64,000 nt of DNA from Candidatus Dojkabacteria bacterium (GCA_030583685.1 CP129470.1:84345-148344), one strand, 5' to 3'. Numbered from the stretch's first letter, positions 1 through 9,892 are shown. Notes: generated by a model not told the origin, from the sequence alone. Numbers and translations are program-made.

Positions 1-1072
1 CTTCTCTTAGTAATTCGAGGTGCCTTATTGATAATCGTTCTCCTTTGAGTGCGAATGCCACTTTATCAAGCATTTTTCGCAGAAAATATATATTCATGCG
101 TTCCTCGAAATACTCAGGTATCTCACCTAATTCCGTTAGAAATCCGCGAATCATTGCATCCTTTTTTGGATATGCCGACTTCCACGTCGGAGCAATGCCA
201 AGTTCACTTACCGGATCAAACATGATTGCGTGCTCCCAATCAAAAATCGCAACAAGTTTATCCCCTTCATACCGCATATTTAAATCAGAAGGGTCATTAT
301 GAATCAAATGTGACGTCGCTGATAGGAGAATATGCGTAACTGTATCAGAGTAAAAATAGTTCTTAATTCGAGAAATTTCGTGTTCTGATAGGATCCCAAA
401 CAATGTGATGACCTCTAAATCGTGTTCAAGATAGGTAACAAGATGTTCATGTAAAGAGCTCTTGATTCCGTATAAATTTCCTTTTTCGTCCTTTTTTATG
501 CGCCCCCACCCTTGAGCTGGAACGCGAAAAAGCTTCGCAATGTATCGTCCTTGTTGCTCACATATGCTTTCATAATCCTCACGCGAGCCTTCCCAATCTG
601 CGCCAAGATCTCTCCCTGGTAAGACGTCCATAATCTGATAATCAAAGGGGTATACTTTTCGAGAGACATCCGCATAGTACACATTGACAACAGGAATCCC
701 AAGGCTTTTGAAGTGTGAGACAAAATACTTTTCAAATTCCATATATTCCTCAGGAAACTCCAAAAACATATTCGTTCTCAAGACAATGTGCTCACCATCT
801 TTCGTGTTTACGACAGTAATCACGTGTCCTGTTCCTGCACGAGTTAATACTTCGAAAGTTGCTACTTGTTTTTTAAAATTTCTTTCAATAATTGGTTGAA
901 CAACAGACTCGTCAAAAAGAGCATGTCGCTGCTGCAATTTCAAAATGAGCGATTTTGGCCTATGAACATTATAGTAATTTACTTCATCAGGATGGAATGA
1001 ATAACGAGCATCAAGTTCTCTGAGTTGCTTATCATACTGTCTATAATTCAGATTCTCTAAAGATACTTTCAT
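1..1072 (-). CDS. Phosphotransferase-family kinase (APH/choline-kinase-like), C-terminally truncated by the window edge
   Basis: Reverse-strand ORF starts at an ATG (complement of 1070-1072) preceded by an in-frame stop and stays open to position 1, so it is absent from the ORF track. My translation contains the Brenner catalytic loop 'LIHNDPSDLN' (HxDxxxxN) and 'IFDWEHA' (D-W-E metal-binding motif), both typical of aminoglycoside/choline kinase-like phosphotransferases. Confidence 0.6.
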   Translation of the reverse strand, partial: MKVSLENLNYRQYDKQLRELDARYSFHPDEVNYYNVHRPKSLILKLQQRHALFDESVVQPIIERNFKKQVATFEVLTRAGTGHVITVVNTKDGEHIVLRTNMFLEFPEEYMEFEKYFVSHFKSLGIPVVNVYYADVSRKVYPFDYQIMDVLPGRDLGADWEGSREDYESICEQQGRYIAKLFRVPAQGWGRIKKDEKGNLYGIKSSLHEHLVTYLEHDLEVITLFGILSEHEISRIKNYFYSDTVTHILLSATSHLIHNDPSDLNMRYEGDKLVAIFDWEHAIMFDPVSELGIAPTWKSAYPKKDAMIRGFLTELGEIPEYFEERMNIYFLRKMLDKVAFALKGERLSIRHLELLRE

Positions 1073-1124
1073 TCACTATTATAACTTATCTCGCCAAATC
1101 AGGAATTCAAGGTATAATTAACCA

Positions 1125-2174
1125 ATGTTCGATTCACTTTTTCAGTTATTCACATTTGACATAGGAATTGACCTTGGCACAGCAAATACCCGCGTTGGAA
1201 TTAAAGGCAAAGGTATTGTCCTGTTTGAACCCTCTGTCGTTGCAATTAATAAAAATACAAAGGAAGTCCTTGCTGTTGGAAAAGAAGCAAAGGAAATGCT
1301 CGGAAGAACACCCGCTTCTGTCATTGCAACCAGACCGTTAAAAGATGGCATCATCGTTGATTTTGATATTACCTTAGCAATGCTCAAGTACTTTATCACC
1401 AAAGTGCATCAGGAACACGCAACTTATTCAACGGTTCCAAGACCACGAGTAGTTATTGGAGCACCATCCTCCATCACTGAAGTTGAACGACAGGCAGTAA
1501 TCGATGCTGCCGAGGCTGCCGGTGCACGAGAAGCGTTCGTCATAGAAGAACCAATGGCTGCTGCAATCGGTGTTGGCATTCCCGTTAATGAACCTATAGG
1601 GAACCTGGTTGTTGACATTGGTGGAGGAACAACTGATATTGCGATCATCTCGCTTGGAGGAATAGTTGTTGATAGAACCATTCCCATTGCGGGAGACGAA
1701 ATGGATGAACAAATTGTTGACTTTCTTAAGGAACGATACGGAGTTCTCATTGGAAAACGAACTGCCGAGAAAATTAAAATGACCGTTGGTTCTGCCGTTC
1801 CGGTAAAAAAAGAAAAGTTTGTAGCGGTACAAGGACGTGATATTGTCAAAGGATTGCCGCGGTCAATTGATATTGGAAGTAATGATGTAATGGAGGCGGT
1901 AGCACCTTCCCTACAGGCGATGACAGAGGCCATAAAACAAGCAATTGAAGATGCCCCCCCTGAATTAGTCTCAGATGTCTACACGCAAGGAATGCTCCTC
2001 ACAGGTGGAGGAGGGAAACTCGAAGGCTTAGATAAATATTGGGAAAATGCCTTACAAATAAAAGTTAAACGTCCTGCCGACCCTTCCTATAGTGTTGTCT
2101 TAGGAACCCTTGAAGCACTCAACCATATTGATGTTCTCAGGCGACTTAAAGAGGCAGAAAAATCCCTGTTATAA
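1125..2174 (+). CDS. mreB: Rod shape-determining protein MreB (actin-like ATPase)
   Basis: 349 aa. N-terminal phosphate-1 motif 'IGIDLGTANT', 'DIGGGTTDIA', C-terminal 'GMLLTGGGG'. Directly followed by mreC. Confidence 0.9.
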   Translation: MFDSLFQLFTFDIGIDLGTANTRVGIKGKGIVLFEPSVVAINKNTKEVLAVGKEAKEMLGRTPASVIATRPLKDGIIVDFDITLAMLKYFITKVHQEHATYSTVPRPRVVIGAPSSITEVERQAVIDAAEAAGAREAFVIEEPMAAAIGVGIPVNEPIGNLVVDIGGGTTDIAIISLGGIVVDRTIPIAGDEMDEQIVDFLKERYGVLIGKRTAEKIKMTVGSAVPVKKEKFVAVQGRDIVKGLPRSIDIGSNDVMEAVAPSLQAMTEAIKQAIEDAPPELVSDVYTQGMLLTGGGGKLEGLDKYWENALQIKVKRPADPSYSVVLGTLEALNHIDVLRRLKEAEKSLL

Positions 2175-2975
2175 TTGTACATGTCTCCAACTGCTCAGCA
2201 AGACAAATTACTGCTTCCTTTCCTCACGTTAGCGACGTCACTCTTTCTCTTATTAGATCTGGTTGGAATGCTTCAATGGTTTAAGAATTTTCGTTCATAC
2301 CTCATGTTTCCTATACATACCTTATCATCGTCGATTGTTACCAATACCGGGCTACTGACGACATCTATCCTGCAGAACAATTCAATTAAAATGCAAAATT
2401 TACTTTTAAAGGAGCGAATTTTGGAACTAGAGTCAGAAAACTCAAAACTGCAGAAAGAGATTGCGGAATTTCCAAAATTCGCGGAATATCAAAAAACGCT
2501 TGGATTACATTCCTATCAACAAACCGTAACTGCGCAAATACTCGACATTCGAGTGAACACCATCGAGGGGACTTTGTTACTCAACAAAGGCAGCAATGAC
2601 GGTGCAAAAGTTGGAATGCCGGTTATATATAATAATTACTACGTCTGCTCACTCATTGAGGTCAGAAGTGCGGATTCTCTCTGTTTATCCTTCATTGTGC
2701 CAGGTCAGGAATTCATTGGCTATATTCCCAGCAAAAAAATTACCGGAATTGTGAAAATTGGGATTAATGGCATGGTATTAGGTGACTTGCTTGCAACAGA
2801 GAAGGTTTCCTTGAAAGACGCGGTAAGCATGAAAAAAGAAGATTTTCCTTATTTTTTCACCCTTGGAACTATTTCAGAAGTTCCTCCTGATGACGGGAGT
2901 GCAGAACGCAAAGCTGTTCTTGACTCTCCCTTACGGCTGTCCGAACTCTTATATGTGACTATTGTTGTCAAATGA
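2175..2975 (+). CDS. mreC: Rod shape-determining protein MreC
   Basis: 266 aa. N-terminal TM helix, coiled-coil 'LKERILELESENSKLQKEIAEF', then a beta-rich region 'LLLNKGSNDGAKVGMPVI'. Sits between mreB and mreD. Confidence 0.7.
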   Translation: MYMSPTAQQDKLLLPFLTLATSLFLLLDLVGMLQWFKNFRSYLMFPIHTLSSSIVTNTGLLTTSILQNNSIKMQNLLLKERILELESENSKLQKEIAEFPKFAEYQKTLGLHSYQQTVTAQILDIRVNTIEGTLLLNKGSNDGAKVGMPVIYNNYYVCSLIEVRSADSLCLSFIVPGQEFIGYIPSKKITGIVKIGINGMVLGDLLATEKVSLKDAVSMKKEDFPYFFTLGTISEVPPDDGSAERKAVLDSPLRLSELLYVTIVVK

Positions 2976-3436
2976 TACACACATCAGTAAAAACCTCAAC
3001 AATAACAACAATACTTGCTGTCGCGTTACTTCTTAACTCATTATTGATTCCTTCACTCAGTATATTTCTTCTGGTCCTTGGTCTTCTCCTCATTGTTTAC
3101 CAAGAGAAGCAGGTCACGGTTGTAAATACAGCTGTTATCGTTTCTGCAGTGTATTCCCTCCTTTTTGAATCCCCGATCGGATTACTTCCTTTCCTCACCG
3201 CGAGTTTGTTGTTCGGCTACTTATTAATGCAGCAACGGGCACTCGCTTTAGGAATCTCACTTTTTCTTCAAATAACCTTCTTCATCGTTCTCCATCTACT
3301 TCTTACCAGTACAATTTCATTCGTCCTGACAACGGGGCAATTTGTTTTCATGCCTGAAATACTTGCTACAGCATTTCGTACCTGTTTGGTACTGTTTGTC
3401 TTAACATTCCTGATTTCACTCAATAGAAAACTATGA
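2972..3436 (+). CDS. mreD: Rod shape-determining protein MreD (polytopic membrane protein)
   Basis: 154 aa, entirely hydrophobic helices. 4-nt overlaps with mreC (upstream) and PBP2 (downstream). Assignment rests on the conserved mreBCD-mrdA context. Confidence 0.5.
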   Translation: MIHTSVKTSTITTILAVALLLNSLLIPSLSIFLLVLGLLLIVYQEKQVTVVNTAVIVSAVYSLLFESPIGLLPFLTASLLFGYLLMQQRALALGISLFLQITFFIVLHLLLTSTISFVLTTGQFVFMPEILATAFRTCLVLFVLTFLISLNRKL

Positions 3437-5247
3437 ATCCTCGCAAAATCATTGAAATTACCCAGACAACAAGGCATGTCCCCGAATCAATCCCGGCCCA
3501 ATATATCGGAATTTCTTTAGTCTTTGTAGTATTTTTGCTCTCATTTGCCTACCTCTTTTATGCAGGATTTGATCTCAGTATTGTGCAAGGGAAATCATAT
3601 GCTGCATTAGCAAATTCTAATTCGGTTGGTAAAGAAGCTGTTTTTGGAGAAAGGGGAATGATTGTTGATCGAGAGGGAAAAGCTCTGGTACAGAATAAAA
3701 AATCGTACGATATTTTCATCGATCCTTTGCAAGCGGAGAAGCAGACAATAAAATCGTTATTCCCCCAGAAAGAAACAGAGATTGACAAAATTTTCGCAGA
3801 TACGCGAGGTCTTACCGTTATCCTGATTCATGATGCCCCAAAGGAACTCGTTGTATCTCTCAAAGAAAAGAATCTCCCGGGAATTCTCTTAAAACACAGT
3901 TACGTTCGTGATTATCTTAATCCCTTACCGTTCGCACATCTGCTTGGATACACTGGAGTAGCAAGTGAAGCAGACCTAAACAATAACTCTTCGTACCTCA
4001 GAAACCAAATTGTCGGGAAAGCAGGGCTCGAGTTCTCTTACGACTCAGAGCTACAAGGTGAACTTCGCTACGATACGTATGAAAAAGATGCATTTGGCAA
4101 CCAAGTTTCTGCAACATCCACTTCCGCGCCGGCTTCAGGACAGCAACTCACCCTCGCAATTAATAAAAAGATGCAAGAAAACTTGTATGCTTCAGTCAAA
4201 AAGGCCGTCGATTCCAACAAAGCAAAGGGAGGATCTGCCGTAATTCTTGATGTAACAAACGGAGATGTCATCGCTCTTGTGAGTTATCCTTCTTACGATA
4301 TCAACAAGTTTGTTGGTGGCATTTCCTATCGTGATTACGATAAACTCATTAAAGACCCTCAAACTCCACTTCTTAACAGACCAATAGCAGCACAAGAGCC
4401 TCCAGGTTCAACCTTTAAGACAATTGTTGGGGTAGCAGCACTTGAGACAGGCACGATAACCCCAGAAACAAAAATCCTTGCACCTGGAGTCATTCGACTG
4501 ACAGGAGGACTGCAATTCCAAGATTTTCGCAGACGATACAACGGAAATTTAAACATTAAAGAAGCACTTATGGTTTCAAGTAACATCTTCTTTTGTAGGT
4601 CAATTATTTCCATGGGTATTGAGAAGTTCCTCCCGTATGCTGAACGCTTCGGAATTGGCAAAACAACAGGTATCGATTTACCTGGAGAAATGAGAGGTCG
4701 TCTTCCTTCGCCTGAAAATAAAATTTGGCTCGCAAATAACGGGGCCACCTGGTTGGATCCCGTTTGGTATCCAGAAGGAGACTCGTGTAACTCAGCAATT
4801 GGTCAAGGAATTACCCTTGCAACGCCATTACAAATGGCTGTACTGACCGCTGCTATAGCAAATGGGGGAACTGTTTATAAACCTCGTGTTGTCCAAAAAA
4901 TTACTGATTCTTCAGGAAAAGTTAGAGAAAAAGCACCCGTTGTTGTTGCGCAGGATATTGCAAGCGATACGACATTAACACTTATTCGTGATGGCATGCG
5001 AATGAGTGTTGCAGAGGCGCGTGGTGTTGCAACTGCATTGCGATATGTTCCAATGAAAGTTGCGGCAAAAACAGGAACGGCAGAATTCGGAGTCAAAGAT
5101 AAGAACGGCTATTCAACCGCTCACGGGTGGGTGATTGGCTTTTATCCCTACGAAAAGCCGAAATATGCTTTCGTCATGATGGTTGAAGGCGCAGGAAGCA
5201 GCTCGGTCGTCACCTTTGCGATGAGAGATTTTTTGAATAAAAAGTAG
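3433..5247 (+). CDS. mrdA: Penicillin-binding protein 2 (peptidoglycan D,D-transpeptidase, elongasome)
   Basis: 604 aa with N-terminal TM anchor. Active-site 'GSTFK' (SxxK) and 'KTGTAEF' (KTG) motifs, plus a PBP dimerisation-like N-domain. Follows mreBCD. Confidence 0.85.
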   Translation: MNPRKIIEITQTTRHVPESIPAQYIGISLVFVVFLLSFAYLFYAGFDLSIVQGKSYAALANSNSVGKEAVFGERGMIVDREGKALVQNKKSYDIFIDPLQAEKQTIKSLFPQKETEIDKIFADTRGLTVILIHDAPKELVVSLKEKNLPGILLKHSYVRDYLNPLPFAHLLGYTGVASEADLNNNSSYLRNQIVGKAGLEFSYDSELQGELRYDTYEKDAFGNQVSATSTSAPASGQQLTLAINKKMQENLYASVKKAVDSNKAKGGSAVILDVTNGDVIALVSYPSYDINKFVGGISYRDYDKLIKDPQTPLLNRPIAAQEPPGSTFKTIVGVAALETGTITPETKILAPGVIRLTGGLQFQDFRRRYNGNLNIKEALMVSSNIFFCRSIISMGIEKFLPYAERFGIGKTTGIDLPGEMRGRLPSPENKIWLANNGATWLDPVWYPEGDSCNSAIGQGITLATPLQMAVLTAAIANGGTVYKPRVVQKITDSSGKVREKAPVVVAQDIASDTTLTLIRDGMRMSVAEARGVATALRYVPMKVAAKTGTAEFGVKDKNGYSTAHGWVIGFYPYEKPKYAFVMMVEGAGSSSVVTFAMRDFLNKK

Positions 5248-5279
5248 CCCTAAATACTCGACAACTGATATAATTCCTT

Positions 5280-5834
5280 GTGAGCGCAGACCTCAATACT
5301 ATTTTTGAGAACATAAGAACGCTGCAAAATGTTGATCCAGACCCAGGATTAGTATCCCCACTCCACGCAGAATTATTAAGATTTAGGATTCACACCGCAC
5401 ACCTTCTTCAAACTGAGATTACAACACCAGACGAACAAGTAAATGCCGCCGCACGTGTCGGTAATCTTATTTCCGTTGGACATATTGCACACATCATGAT
5501 CGGGTCACGATACAAACATTTTTCTCAACACATTGAATCATTACAATTCTACAGTGACAACCTGTACTTCTTTCGAGAAATCGCAAAAACCGAAGGGTTA
5601 TTCTACAATCCCCGAGGGACGAGGGGAAAGACGTTAGACCGATTCCTTTCTGATCTCGAACAGATTGTATTGAGAGAATTTTCTCGTATAGTTCCTCGCC
5701 AAGATGATGAGTCACCCGAAAGATATGTCGAACGAGTCTCCATAACACTCACCCGACAAGAACTCGATTACATAGTATCATCCCCCGACAACATAAATCA
5801 CTCTCTAAACCTACTTCCCCCTATTGCGAAATAA
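5280..5834 (+). CDS. Hypothetical protein
   Basis: 184-aa ORF between mrdA and rpmF with no motif I recognise. It occupies the position where a DUF177/YceD gene often precedes rpmF, but has no Cys residues. Confidence 0.4.
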   Translation: MSADLNTIFENIRTLQNVDPDPGLVSPLHAELLRFRIHTAHLLQTEITTPDEQVNAAARVGNLISVGHIAHIMIGSRYKHFSQHIESLQFYSDNLYFFREIAKTEGLFYNPRGTRGKTLDRFLSDLEQIVLREFSRIVPRQDDESPERYVERVSITLTRQELDYIVSSPDNINHSLNLLPPIAK

Positions 5835-5858
5835 CTCACAATATAGTATCATTCACTT

Positions 5859-6014
5859 ATGCCAGCAGTACCAAAGAAAAGAGCGTCTCATGCACGAACA
5901 GCACGACGTAACAAAGCAAACAGTAGAGTAGAACTTACCGGTGTGACCGTCTGTCAAAAGTGCGGTCATCTCAAGCGAAACCACGCAAAGTGCATTCACT
6001 GTAACGCAAAATAA
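5859..6014 (+). CDS. rpmF: 50S ribosomal protein L32
   Basis: 51-aa ORF missed by the track: '[51 protein letters not shown]'. Typical L32 N-terminus and CxxC...CxxC zinc ribbon. Confidence 0.8.
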   Translation: MPAVPKKRASHARTARRNKANSRVELTGVTVCQKCGHLKRNHAKCIHCNAK

Positions 6015-6019
6015 CCATC

Positions 6020-6448
6020 ATGGATTTATACAATTCAGGTGATAAAAGACGAAACGCAAGAATTCTCATCATTCAATCTTTTTACGCAGAATCACAAAAG
6101 CAAAATTCTAATGTTGTATCGCTAGTAACAAAAAAATACCCACTTGATAAGGAAAAATTTGAGGCAATTAAGTCCGCAATTACTACTCATGCTGATAAAA
6201 TCAACGAGTACATTCTCAAATATGCGAAAGAACGCCCAATTGACGAGATTAATCCAGTTGACTATACCATCCTTCGCATCGTGATTGCAGAAAGTATTGT
6301 AACGAACTTAACTCCACCAAAAGTTGCTATCAATGAAGGTATTGAATTGGCAAAATTATTTGGCACAGAAGCAAGTGCAAAATTTGTTAATGGCGTGTTA
6401 GGCGCAATTTATGATGAATACAAAGCAGAACACCAGCAAAACGAGTAA
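6020..6448 (+). CDS. nusB: Transcription antitermination factor NusB
   Basis: 142 aa all-helical protein with NusB-like N-terminus '[13 protein letters not shown]'. Confidence 0.7.
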   Translation: MDLYNSGDKRRNARILIIQSFYAESQKQNSNVVSLVTKKYPLDKEKFEAIKSAITTHADKINEYILKYAKERPIDEINPVDYTILRIVIAESIVTNLTPPKVAINEGIELAKLFGTEASAKFVNGVLGAIYDEYKAEHQQNE

Positions 6449-7160
6449 CTTGCAAGAGGTTGAAACACTCATTGGCTACACGTTTAAAAAGAAACAAACG
6501 TTAACTACCGCACTAACGCATCGGTCATACGCAAATGAACTGAAAAAGCAAGGTTTTCTGTACAATAATGAAAGACTCGAATTCCTTGGCGACGCAGTTC
6601 TTGAGCTCGTCGTTTCAGAGTATATGTTTGCAACATACCCTGATCTTCCCGAAGGAATCATGACACTCGTTCGTGCAGCAGTGGTCAGAACGTCTTCGCT
6701 TGCAGAAATTATGGGAACGTTACATATGGGTAAGTACCTCATTATGGGTCACGGAGAAGAAAAAACGGGTGGCAGAACCAAAGAATACTTACTTGCAAAC
6801 TTATATGAATCCCTCGTTGGTGCCATTTATCTCGATGGGAAAATGAAACACGCAAAAGCATTTATTGAAAAAACACTTTTTGCAAAGATTGACGAAGCAG
6901 TGAAGCAAAAGAACTATGTCGATTCAAAGACAAGATTGCAGGAATTAACGCAACAGCTCTACAAAATTACGCCAACTTATACTATAATTCAGGAAAGCGG
7001 TCCAGCTCATGAACGTACCTATGTCGCCGCAGTGCTACTGGGTGACAAAAAGCTTTCAGAAGGAACAGGGCTCTCTAAGCAAAAAGCAGAAGAAGCCGCA
7101 GCCTCGAAAGCACTTGAGCTTTTAGATAACTTAACAACCGAATCGCATGCTCAAGGTTAG
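6411..7160 (+). CDS. rnc: Ribonuclease III
   Basis: RNase III signature '[20 protein letters not shown]' and a C-terminal dsRBD ('[17 protein letters not shown]'). Overlaps the nusB end by about 38 nt. Confidence 0.9.
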   Translation: MMNTKQNTSKTSNLQEVETLIGYTFKKKQTLTTALTHRSYANELKKQGFLYNNERLEFLGDAVLELVVSEYMFATYPDLPEGIMTLVRAAVVRTSSLAEIMGTLHMGKYLIMGHGEEKTGGRTKEYLLANLYESLVGAIYLDGKMKHAKAFIEKTLFAKIDEAVKQKNYVDSKTRLQELTQQLYKITPTYTIIQESGPAHERTYVAAVLLGDKKLSEGTGLSKQKAEEAAASKALELLDNLTTESHAQG

Positions 7161-7440
7161 ACTTGCTCGAACCGGAAAAAGAGGACAGCCATCGTACCGC
7201 ATTGTCGTCATGGAGGCGAGAACATCCAGACAGGGACGCGTCGCCGATACACTCGGATGGTACAACCCAAACGCAGCCACTGAGAAACTCTCCATTGATA
7301 TGGCAAAGTACGAAGATTGGGTCAAGAAAGGTGCACAACCAACTGACTCAGTGCTCAAACTCGTTCTTCCGAAAGAGGAAAAAGAAAAGCGATGGCCAAC
7401 AATCGCCAAGAAAGAAACAGCTCCTGCACAGGAAGCGTAA
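7147..7440 (+). CDS. rpsP: 30S ribosomal protein S16
   Basis: '[41 protein letters not shown]' is a canonical S16 N-terminus. Confidence 0.9.
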   Translation: MLKVRLARTGKRGQPSYRIVVMEARTSRQGRVADTLGWYNPNAATEKLSIDMAKYEDWVKKGAQPTDSVLKLVLPKEEKEKRWPTIAKKETAPAQEA

Positions 7441-7479
7441 GTTGGTATATAATCTTCAGATAACTTAATACAAGAAACA

Positions 7480-7845
7480 ATGAAAGACTTAGTAACATAC
7501 ATTGTTCAAGCAATTGTCGAGAAACCAGAGGAAGTCTCCATTGAAGAGACAGTACTCGCAGACGGAAAAATTATTTTAACCATTCATACCGCACCAACAG
7601 ATGTTGGGTTAGTTATTGGTAAGATGGGAAAAACGATTAATGCAATCCGCTCGTTGGTCAAAATTAAAGCAATCAAAGAAGGAAAGTTTGTTGATGTCAA
7701 AGTCCCTTCAGACCGTGATAATGGACCAACGACCTCAGCACCACAAGCTGACAACACATCAGCTGCACCTGCACCAGCGCCAACCGCAGACCCTGTTGCC
7801 GATTCAGCAGCAGTAACCGGCGAGTTTGACGTACCAAACTTCTAA
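7480..7845 (+). CDS. KH-domain RNA-binding protein (KhpA/YlqC-like) with a low-complexity Pro/Ala/Thr tail
   Basis: KH GXXG loop 'VIGKMGKTINAIRSL'. Placement after rpsP is conserved. C-terminal 'PTTSAPQADNTSAAPAPAPTADPVADSAAV'. Confidence 0.7.
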   Translation: MKDLVTYIVQAIVEKPEEVSIEETVLADGKIILTIHTAPTDVGLVIGKMGKTINAIRSLVKIKAIKEGKFVDVKVPSDRDNGPTTSAPQADNTSAAPAPAPTADPVADSAAVTGEFDVPNF

Positions 7846-7907
7846 TCAGAAGAAGTACCTTAGTTACCGGAGCAAGAAGCAATTCTTTTTCGGTAACTAA
7901 GAACCTT

Positions 7908-7980
7908 GCACTCGTAGCTCAACGGATAGAGCATCAGTTTGCGGAACTGAGGGTTGCAGGTTCGATTCCTGCCGAGTGCA
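7908..7980 (+). tRNA. tRNA-Arg (anticodon GCG)
   Basis: Manual cloverleaf: acceptor GCACTCG/CGAGTGC, D-stem GCTC/GAGC, anticodon stem TCAGT/ACTGA with loop TTGCGGA (GCG), T-stem GCAGG/CCTGC with TTCGATT loop, discriminator A. No encoded CCA. Confidence 0.8.
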
Positions 7981-8480
7981 TATGTGTTTGTGACCTCAAT
8001 GGAGGTTACAAATATATATGTAGTCAAGAAATCGATTGAACCTCCTTAGTGTAGAATATCAACGAGTGAAATTCGATTGCGCCAGCAATATGAACTCCTG
8101 TAATCGGAAAGATGAGGTGATTATTCCTGCCGAGTGCATATGTGCGTGACGGCTCACAGCGTCGTTAAGCAGATATGTAGCCAAAGGAACGAATCAAACT
8201 TCCATATAATGTCTAAAGTTTTGTTTGATTCGCTTGCGAAGCAATACGAAGCCCTTAATTTCATGATGTATCGAAGTATTCCTGCCGAGTGCATATGTGT
8301 TTGTAGTCTCAGAGGGATTACAGACACATATGTATCCAAAGAAGTGAATCAAAACAATAATAGTTTGATTAATTCATTAGTTTTGATTCGCTTACGAAGT
8401 AATACAAAGCCCTTTTAATATTCAACGTACCCGAAGTATTCCTGCCGAGTTGAGTGCCCTACTAACTCGATTTATTCCGA
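7960..8480. repeat. Tandem array of about 3.5 degenerate ~160-bp units, each starting with a copy of the tRNA-Arg 3' end
   Basis: 'TTCCTGCCGAGTGCATATGTG' occurs at about 7962 (real tRNA 3' end), 8126 and 8279, and as 'TTCCTGCCGAGTTGAGTGCCC' at 8443. Units share further blocks ('GATTCGCTTGCGAAGCAATACGAAGCCCTT' at ~8225 and ~8385). Short inverted repeats start each unit ('CATATGTGTTTGT...ACAAATATATATG'; 'GGAGGTT...AACCTCC'). No credible ORF. Confidence 0.6.
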
Positions 8481-8482
8481 AA

Positions 8483-8872
8483 TTAGTTGAATTTTACTGA
8501 AAAATTGTACATCCCCATACTACACATTCCCTGAAGTGTCCCAACGTCAGGACTTCCAAGATCAATAAGTTCCTCTCCCGTTTGTGGCAATACTTTTTGG
8601 TAACCAATTTCCCTAATGACTAATGCGAGTGAACAATCGTATGTTCCATTTGTTTTAACAACTAATTTCGTAGGAATATTGGCATCTGCAGTTGTAATTC
8701 GAGGAGTATATCCCCCCCGAGCATTTATTGTAATGTACTGAACACCATCTTTCATCGTGACATTTTGATCTGACTGAGTACCTGTTGATTCACGTGAATT
8801 TTTTAATACTCCCCACAAGACAATTCCTGCGACTAATAGTAGTGTAATAATTATTGATGCAGTTTTATTCAT
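8483..8872 (-). CDS. Small membrane-anchored or secreted hypothetical protein, last gene of the copper locus
   Basis: Track ORF 8483..8950, trimmed to the internal Met 'MNKTASIIITLLLVAGIVLWGV' (signal anchor) so that it does not overlap the upstream gene. Three Cys (DCS..., GMCSMGM). No family recognised. Confidence 0.45.
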   Translation of the reverse strand: MNKTASIIITLLLVAGIVLWGVLKNSRESTGTQSDQNVTMKDGVQYITINARGGYTPRITTADANIPTKLVVKTNGTYDCSLALVIREIGYQKVLPQTGEELIDLGSPDVGTLQGMCSMGMYNFSVKFN

Positions 8873-8882
8873 GTGTTTTCGA

Positions 8883-9890
8883 TTATATGTTAAGTAGAGG
8901 GGGAATAATTCCAAGGCTCGCCAGTCCAGAAAGAAGGGCAAAAAGTCCAAATCCGATGACTATTATTCCTGTAGATTTAAAAAATAGTGGTGCGTATTTG
9001 CTTGTAGCAAACGTTGCAGATCCAAACGAAAGTAATGCAAGAACAGGCAGTGTGCCTAGCGCAAATGAAAGCAGTATCAACGCACCAGAAAGAAAGTTTC
9101 CACTACCTAAAGCAGAAACCTGCATTGATTGTGTAAATCCACACGGGAGAAAGAACGTTGCAAAACCCAAGAGCAGCGGTGCAAAATTTTTATGCTCCAC
9201 ACGTCGTAGAGTAGTAAAAATCCCAGAAGGAAGGGTGATTTTATTTTTCTCAAACAATCCAACCAAATTCAGACCGAGAAGTAACATTATTACCGCAGCA
9301 ACGAGTCCCAATATCGTTGTAATGGTAAAGTTAATACCTATAACGTTCCCAAGTGCACCGAGTGCACCTCCAAGTACTGCGAAACTGAGTATTCTTCCTG
9401 CATGGAACAATACAAAGGTTTTCGTGTCACTGCGCGAATCCTGAGAAATCTTTGCAGACAACGATAAGACGAGCCCACCAACGACAGCTAGACAACTTGA
9501 GACAGAAGCAACGAGCCCCACGATAAAACTGGTTACTGGTGTTATGGTCCCACCAATTCCAAAATTGAGAATTCCCGATGATTGGAGGAGGTAAAACAGT
9601 ACAAGAACTCCAACTCCGATGGGAAGGGCTTTCCATAGTTCATCCTTGTTATATGTCACCTCCGCTTGTTTTGTGAGTGACAGAGCATATCCATGTGATT
9701 GAATGGTGCGAGTTAATCTTGTAACCACATCTTCCGGAAAGTGACTTCCTTCAGTTTTAATATGGACAAGTTTTCTTTCCAAATCAACATGTACCTCACT
9801 AATATATTCCTCCTTATTGAGTGTTTCTTCGATATAAATCTGACACGAAGCACAGTGTGTGCCAGATACATGTAGAGTCATATTTTTCAT
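8883..9890 (-). CDS. Heavy-metal-associated (HMA) domain fused to a polytopic membrane permease (DsbD/CcdA- or TauE-like fold), putative copper-handling protein
   Basis: N-terminal HMA fold with metal-binding 'GTHCASC'. Then about 8 predicted TM helices with intramembrane Cys ('SSCLAVVGG', 'FFLPCGF'). Immediately downstream of copA. Confidence 0.55.
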   Translation of the reverse strand: MKNMTLHVSGTHCASCQIYIEETLNKEEYISEVHVDLERKLVHIKTEGSHFPEDVVTRLTRTIQSHGYALSLTKQAEVTYNKDELWKALPIGVGVLVLFYLLQSSGILNFGIGGTITPVTSFIVGLVASVSSCLAVVGGLVLSLSAKISQDSRSDTKTFVLFHAGRILSFAVLGGALGALGNVIGINFTITTILGLVAAVIMLLLGLNLVGLFEKNKITLPSGIFTTLRRVEHKNFAPLLLGFATFFLPCGFTQSMQVSALGSGNFLSGALILLSFALGTLPVLALLSFGSATFATSKYAPLFFKSTGIIVIGFGLFALLSGLASLGIIPPLLNI

Positions 9891-9892
9891 CG

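Noticed and set aside
1142-1933. Antisense ORFs of 86, 169 and 134 aa inside mreB
   Set aside because: They are fully embedded in the opposite strand of a strongly supported MreB gene and are low-complexity. Shadow ORFs.
5280-5834. YceD/DUF177 (the gene that classically precedes rpmF)
   Set aside because: Right position and size, but the product has no cysteines, whereas DUF177 proteins as I recall them carry a conserved Cys-containing motif. Left as hypothetical.
7163-7468. 101-aa ORF overlapping rpsP in another frame
   Set aside because: Out-of-frame with a canonical S16 gene. Arg/Lys-rich translation typical of a shadow frame.
8134-8418. 94-aa ORF inside the tRNA-Arg repeat array
   Set aside because: Spans repeat units. 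Its translation follows the repeat (duplicated 'IPAECIC'), which indicates chance openness across repeated DNA. No start context.
7960-8480. Possible CRISPR array (regularly spaced repeat 'TTCCTGCCGAGTGCATATGTG')
   Set aside because: The repeat period is about 160 bp, far beyond CRISPR repeat-spacer periodicity. The 'spacers' themselves share conserved blocks, so it is a degenerate tandem repeat. The repeat is a tRNA 3' fragment. No cas genes are present.
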